Positions 61,035 through 64,000 of a stretch of DNA of 64,000 nt are shown here, piece after piece. A model generated the notes under the pieces. The model did no database searches. It saw only the letters and a program-made list of their open reading frames with translations, and was not told where the DNA came from. The DNA comes from Lepidodermella squamata (Eukaryota > Animalia > Gastrotricha), in the NCBI GenBank assembly GCA_047495785.1, contig JBLDXI010000010.1, positions 372,001-436,000 on the forward strand, given 5' to 3'. Both the position numbers and the translations under genes were made by a program. The number at the start of each line of letters is the position of its first letter. Within the stretch, counting starts at the first letter, position 1.

Positions 61035-62714
61035 CTAATCAACTTTTGCCTTTGATCTTGTCACTTTACGAATAAAAACAAGGAAAGCACCTAACCACAT
61101 TAAAACAACGGCATAAAGGTCTAAATCATGAACTCTATAGAACGGGGCTTCATCTTCAAACATTCGCAAATGTTCGGATCCTATTGTCATCTCCATTTCT
61201 ATAACATCCACTGCTGCTTCCATCCTTTGAGCATTGTAGTATAAGGATGCACCCATTTTCATCAAGTTTCGCATTAGCTCTGGCTCTTTCTGTACATACC
61301 TCTCCAGCAAAGACTTTGATTTGATGCATGCTTCTTCTTCGGTAATTTCAAGATCCTGACTCAGAGAAGTTCCAATACCGAGCTCTGTTACCCGCTCTGC
61401 ATACAATGGCTGATCTGCGGTGATCGAATTGACAAGAATCGGCTTGGTGGCAAGGAATGCTTCGAAGAGACTCTCAATGCCGCCATGACTGACAAAAAGA
61501 TGAACAGCCGGGTGATTCAGGACTTTGATTTGGGCAACACGTTTCTCCAATCTGAAATGAGGATGCTGTTCTGGGTTCCTGAGAATATCCTCTGGCACTA
61601 TTGCTGTGAGATTAGCGCCGCCATAGGACCATAGAATATTCACCCGTTTTGTTTGAGATGAGCTGCATTGGAATCCTTTTAGTAGCCCAGCAATCCTTGA
61701 ATCAGTTGGCAGAAAGCCAGATCCGAATGCGACGTAGATCACGCTCTCCTGCCTTGAATGTGCTTGGTCAAGCCATTTCTGGAGTCCCGGATCCATCTCA
61801 TAGATATCTGGCTCAATTATGGGACCCATGTAGTGTAAGAAAGGAGATAATGGGCGCGAATATTCCCAACCGAAGAAGTTTTGAATGAAGAAATGAACAT
61901 TTTTCTCAGGGTTCATCATGTGGCTAACTTGCTCAAGACCAAGGTTCAAACCAAGCTGCTTGACTTCATTGAAGCATGGAAGAAAGCTGTAGATTACCTT
62001 CGGCCACATAATAAATTTTACGTACATTCTTTCCAATAGACTTAATCCATCAATCTTCGACGGCGCGAGCGCTGATGGCATGTAACTCGGATTATCTGGA
62101 AAATTTGGAACTATGGAAGCGTGGGTAGTTATGACGTAAGGTATTCCCAGTTTTTTAGCAACATTTGGACACGAAAAGCTCATCCAGTCGCAAACCAAAA
62201 TGTCAGGCCGGTCATTGTCGACAACATCCTTCAGGCTGCGATTGGCGCCTTCATAGTAGAATTTAGTAAACCCCATGACCAGCTTGCTCTGGATGGCATG
62301 AGTTTCTGCCTCAGAGGCTTCCCTGCCGATTTCAACCAGGAAATCTAGGGATTTTTGCTGGGAAATCGTCCCGTTCGATATGTATTCAATCGTCCCGTTC
62401 AGTTGATAGTATTTGCCAAACTCGCCCGGTTTGTACCACGTTCTTGCCGCGTCGAAGAGACTTGCAAGTGCTGTGCGATGGCCACGCTTCATCAGAGCTT
62501 TCGAAAGCGGTACCAACGGCTTTACGTGGGATCTTGAACACACATCCACAACAAATAAGGCATATCTGGGCCGTGCAATCAATTTCATAAGATCGGGGGA
62601 GATGTTATTCATAATCTGATCCAGTTTTTCCGATTTGTAGCCTTCGATTGAACCATCGATATGCTTAATAACGAATAATAAAACAAATACAGAAAACTTG
62701 TGGAAAACTGCCAT
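61035..62714 (-). CDS. UDP-glycosyltransferase UGT-5, 559 aa, intronless
   Basis: Paralog of UGT-3; first ATG at 62714; KAKVD tail. Confidence 0.94.
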   Translation of the reverse strand: MAVFHKFSVFVLLFVIKHIDGSIEGYKSEKLDQIMNNISPDLMKLIARPRYALFVVDVCSRSHVKPLVPLSKALMKRGHRTALASLFDAARTWYKPGEFGKYYQLNGTIEYISNGTISQQKSLDFLVEIGREASEAETHAIQSKLVMGFTKFYYEGANRSLKDVVDNDRPDILVCDWMSFSCPNVAKKLGIPYVITTHASIVPNFPDNPSYMPSALAPSKIDGLSLLERMYVKFIMWPKVIYSFLPCFNEVKQLGLNLGLEQVSHMMNPEKNVHFFIQNFFGWEYSRPLSPFLHYMGPIIEPDIYEMDPGLQKWLDQAHSRQESVIYVAFGSGFLPTDSRIAGLLKGFQCSSSQTKRVNILWSYGGANLTAIVPEDILRNPEQHPHFRLEKRVAQIKVLNHPAVHLFVSHGGIESLFEAFLATKPILVNSITADQPLYAERVTELGIGTSLSQDLEITEEEACIKSKSLLERYVQKEPELMRNLMKMGASLYYNAQRMEAAVDVIEMEMTIGSEHLRMFEDEAPFYRVHDLDLYAVVLMWLGAFLVFIRKVTRSKAKVD

Positions 62715-62981
62715 TATCCTTGAGCACCAATTAAACAAAATGAAATGCTACTGCCGCCTAGGTTATGAAGGGTTGATTTGATATGCATATGCCAGCCCGA
62801 AATTGGCTTCTTATGAGAGACACGTTTCTGAAACGCGTGTGCGCAGGTGACCATACTAGGAACTTACTAGGTAGATACGGAAACCCTTTTTTTCTAAAAA
62901 ATAGCAATTATTTTTTTGTGAGGAACTTCTCCTGGCTTACGCTTTCCAATTTCACGTTATACAAAGTAGCGCAAAAGCAAT

Positions 62982-64000
62982 TTATTCTTTCTTAGATTTC
63001 GCTGATTTTCTACTGCAACAGAGGCGTTTCAAAAGCAGAAGAGCACCAACAACAACAAAGATTGGAACAGCAAATAAATCAAGATCATGCAGTCTATAAA
63101 AGGGTGCTTCATCCTCGAACATTCTTAGATGCTCCGAGCCAACAGTCATCTCCATTTCGATGATATCAACCGCCTCCTCGAAGCGTTGTGAATTGTAGTA
63201 CAAAGCCGCGCCGACTCGAGCGAGATTTTGCATCAACGTCTCTTCTTTATTGAGGAATCGACCTAGTAGCTCCGATGACTTTTTGCAAGTTTGATCCCGA
63301 ACGGAACCAGCGGTTTTGTCGATAGCAAGACCAACTCCTAACTCTGCCACCCTCATAGCGTTAACAGGTTGATCGGCGTAAATTGGGTTGACAACGACGG
63401 GCTTCTGGGCTAAAAAAGCCTCAAATAAACTTTCCATACCTCCATGGCTTATGAATAGGTTAACAGCGGGGTGGTTGAGCACTTTGATTTGCGCAACTCG
63501 CTTTTCCATTCTGAAATTGGGATAAGCTTGCAAATTTGAGAAAATCTCATCTGGAACAGATGTCTCGAGTTGTGAAGAGCCGTATGACCATAAGAGGTTA
63601 ACCGGCTGCTTCCTCTGATTGCAAAGCAGAACACCTCGAATCAAACCTTGCACGATTTCGTCCGTGGGGACGAACTGAGAACCGAATGCCATATAAATAA
63701 CGCTTTCATTACGAGAATAGGCTTCATCCAGCCATTTTAACAGCCCTTTATCCATTTCGTATATATCAGGCTCGACGATAGGGCCAAGTACATGGATGAA
63801 AGGCGACAAATAGCGAGCATACTCAAAGCCGAAGTAATTATGAATGAAGAAATGCTTGTTCCTGTAAACCGCAGTGAAATCCATGTTGTGAGCAACTCCA
63901 AGCTTCTTCCTAATCGATTCAAGTTCGTCCCCAAAAGCCTTGAAATGGTAAATCAGCTGGGGAAGCATTAGGAATTTAGCTTTGAACCGATCGAAGAAAG
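62982..64000 (-). CDS. UDP-glycosyltransferase UGT-6 (5' end outside window)
   Basis: Near-identical to the UGT-4 C-terminal region, so the UGT-3/UGT-4 pair is duplicated as UGT-5/UGT-6. Confidence 0.92.
   Translation of the reverse strand, partial: FFDRFKAKFLMLPQLIYHFKAFGDELESIRKKLGVAHNMDFTAVYRNKHFFIHNYFGFEYARYLSPFIHVLGPIVEPDIYEMDKGLLKWLDEAYSRNESVIYMAFGSQFVPTDEIVQGLIRGVLLCNQRKQPVNLLWSYGSSQLETSVPDEIFSNLQAYPNFRMEKRVAQIKVLNHPAVNLFISHGGMESLFEAFLAQKPVVVNPIYADQPVNAMRVAELGVGLAIDKTAGSVRDQTCKKSSELLGRFLNKEETLMQNLARVGAALYYNSQRFEEAVDIIEMEMTVGSEHLRMFEDEAPFYRLHDLDLFAVPIFVVVGALLLLKRLCCSRKSAKSKKE

Overview
Eukaryotic, metazoan-type compact genomic DNA. It is AT-rich, with mostly 47-65 bp GT-AG introns that explain the split ORFs. 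The first ~16 kb holds four orphan-like genes, non-autonomous DNA transposons and a ~7 kb E-box-rich non-coding block. The four genes encode a coiled-coil plus PD-(D/E)XK nuclease-like protein, a coiled-coil/TM protein and two disordered Ser-rich proteins with phosphatase-docking-like motifs. From 16.9 to 64 kb lies a dense, actively duplicating cluster: nine intact and two pseudogenised divergent Cys-loop (pLGIC) subunit genes, three RDH11-14-like SDRs plus a fragment, one intronless GABA-B-like class C GPCR and six membrane-type UDP-glycosyltransferases (one frameshifted, one cut by the window end). Six of the channels have a 14-residue Cys-loop and lack ACh-binding residues, and they were co-duplicated with the SDR as a channel+enzyme cassette. 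The leading hypothesis (inference) is a 'sense-and-inactivate' chemosensory/xenobiotic gene cluster. Several transposon insertions are bracketed by paralogous empty sites, including a 160-bp solo-LTR-like insert that carries a tRNA-like sequence. All gene models were spliced by eye; no database searches were run.
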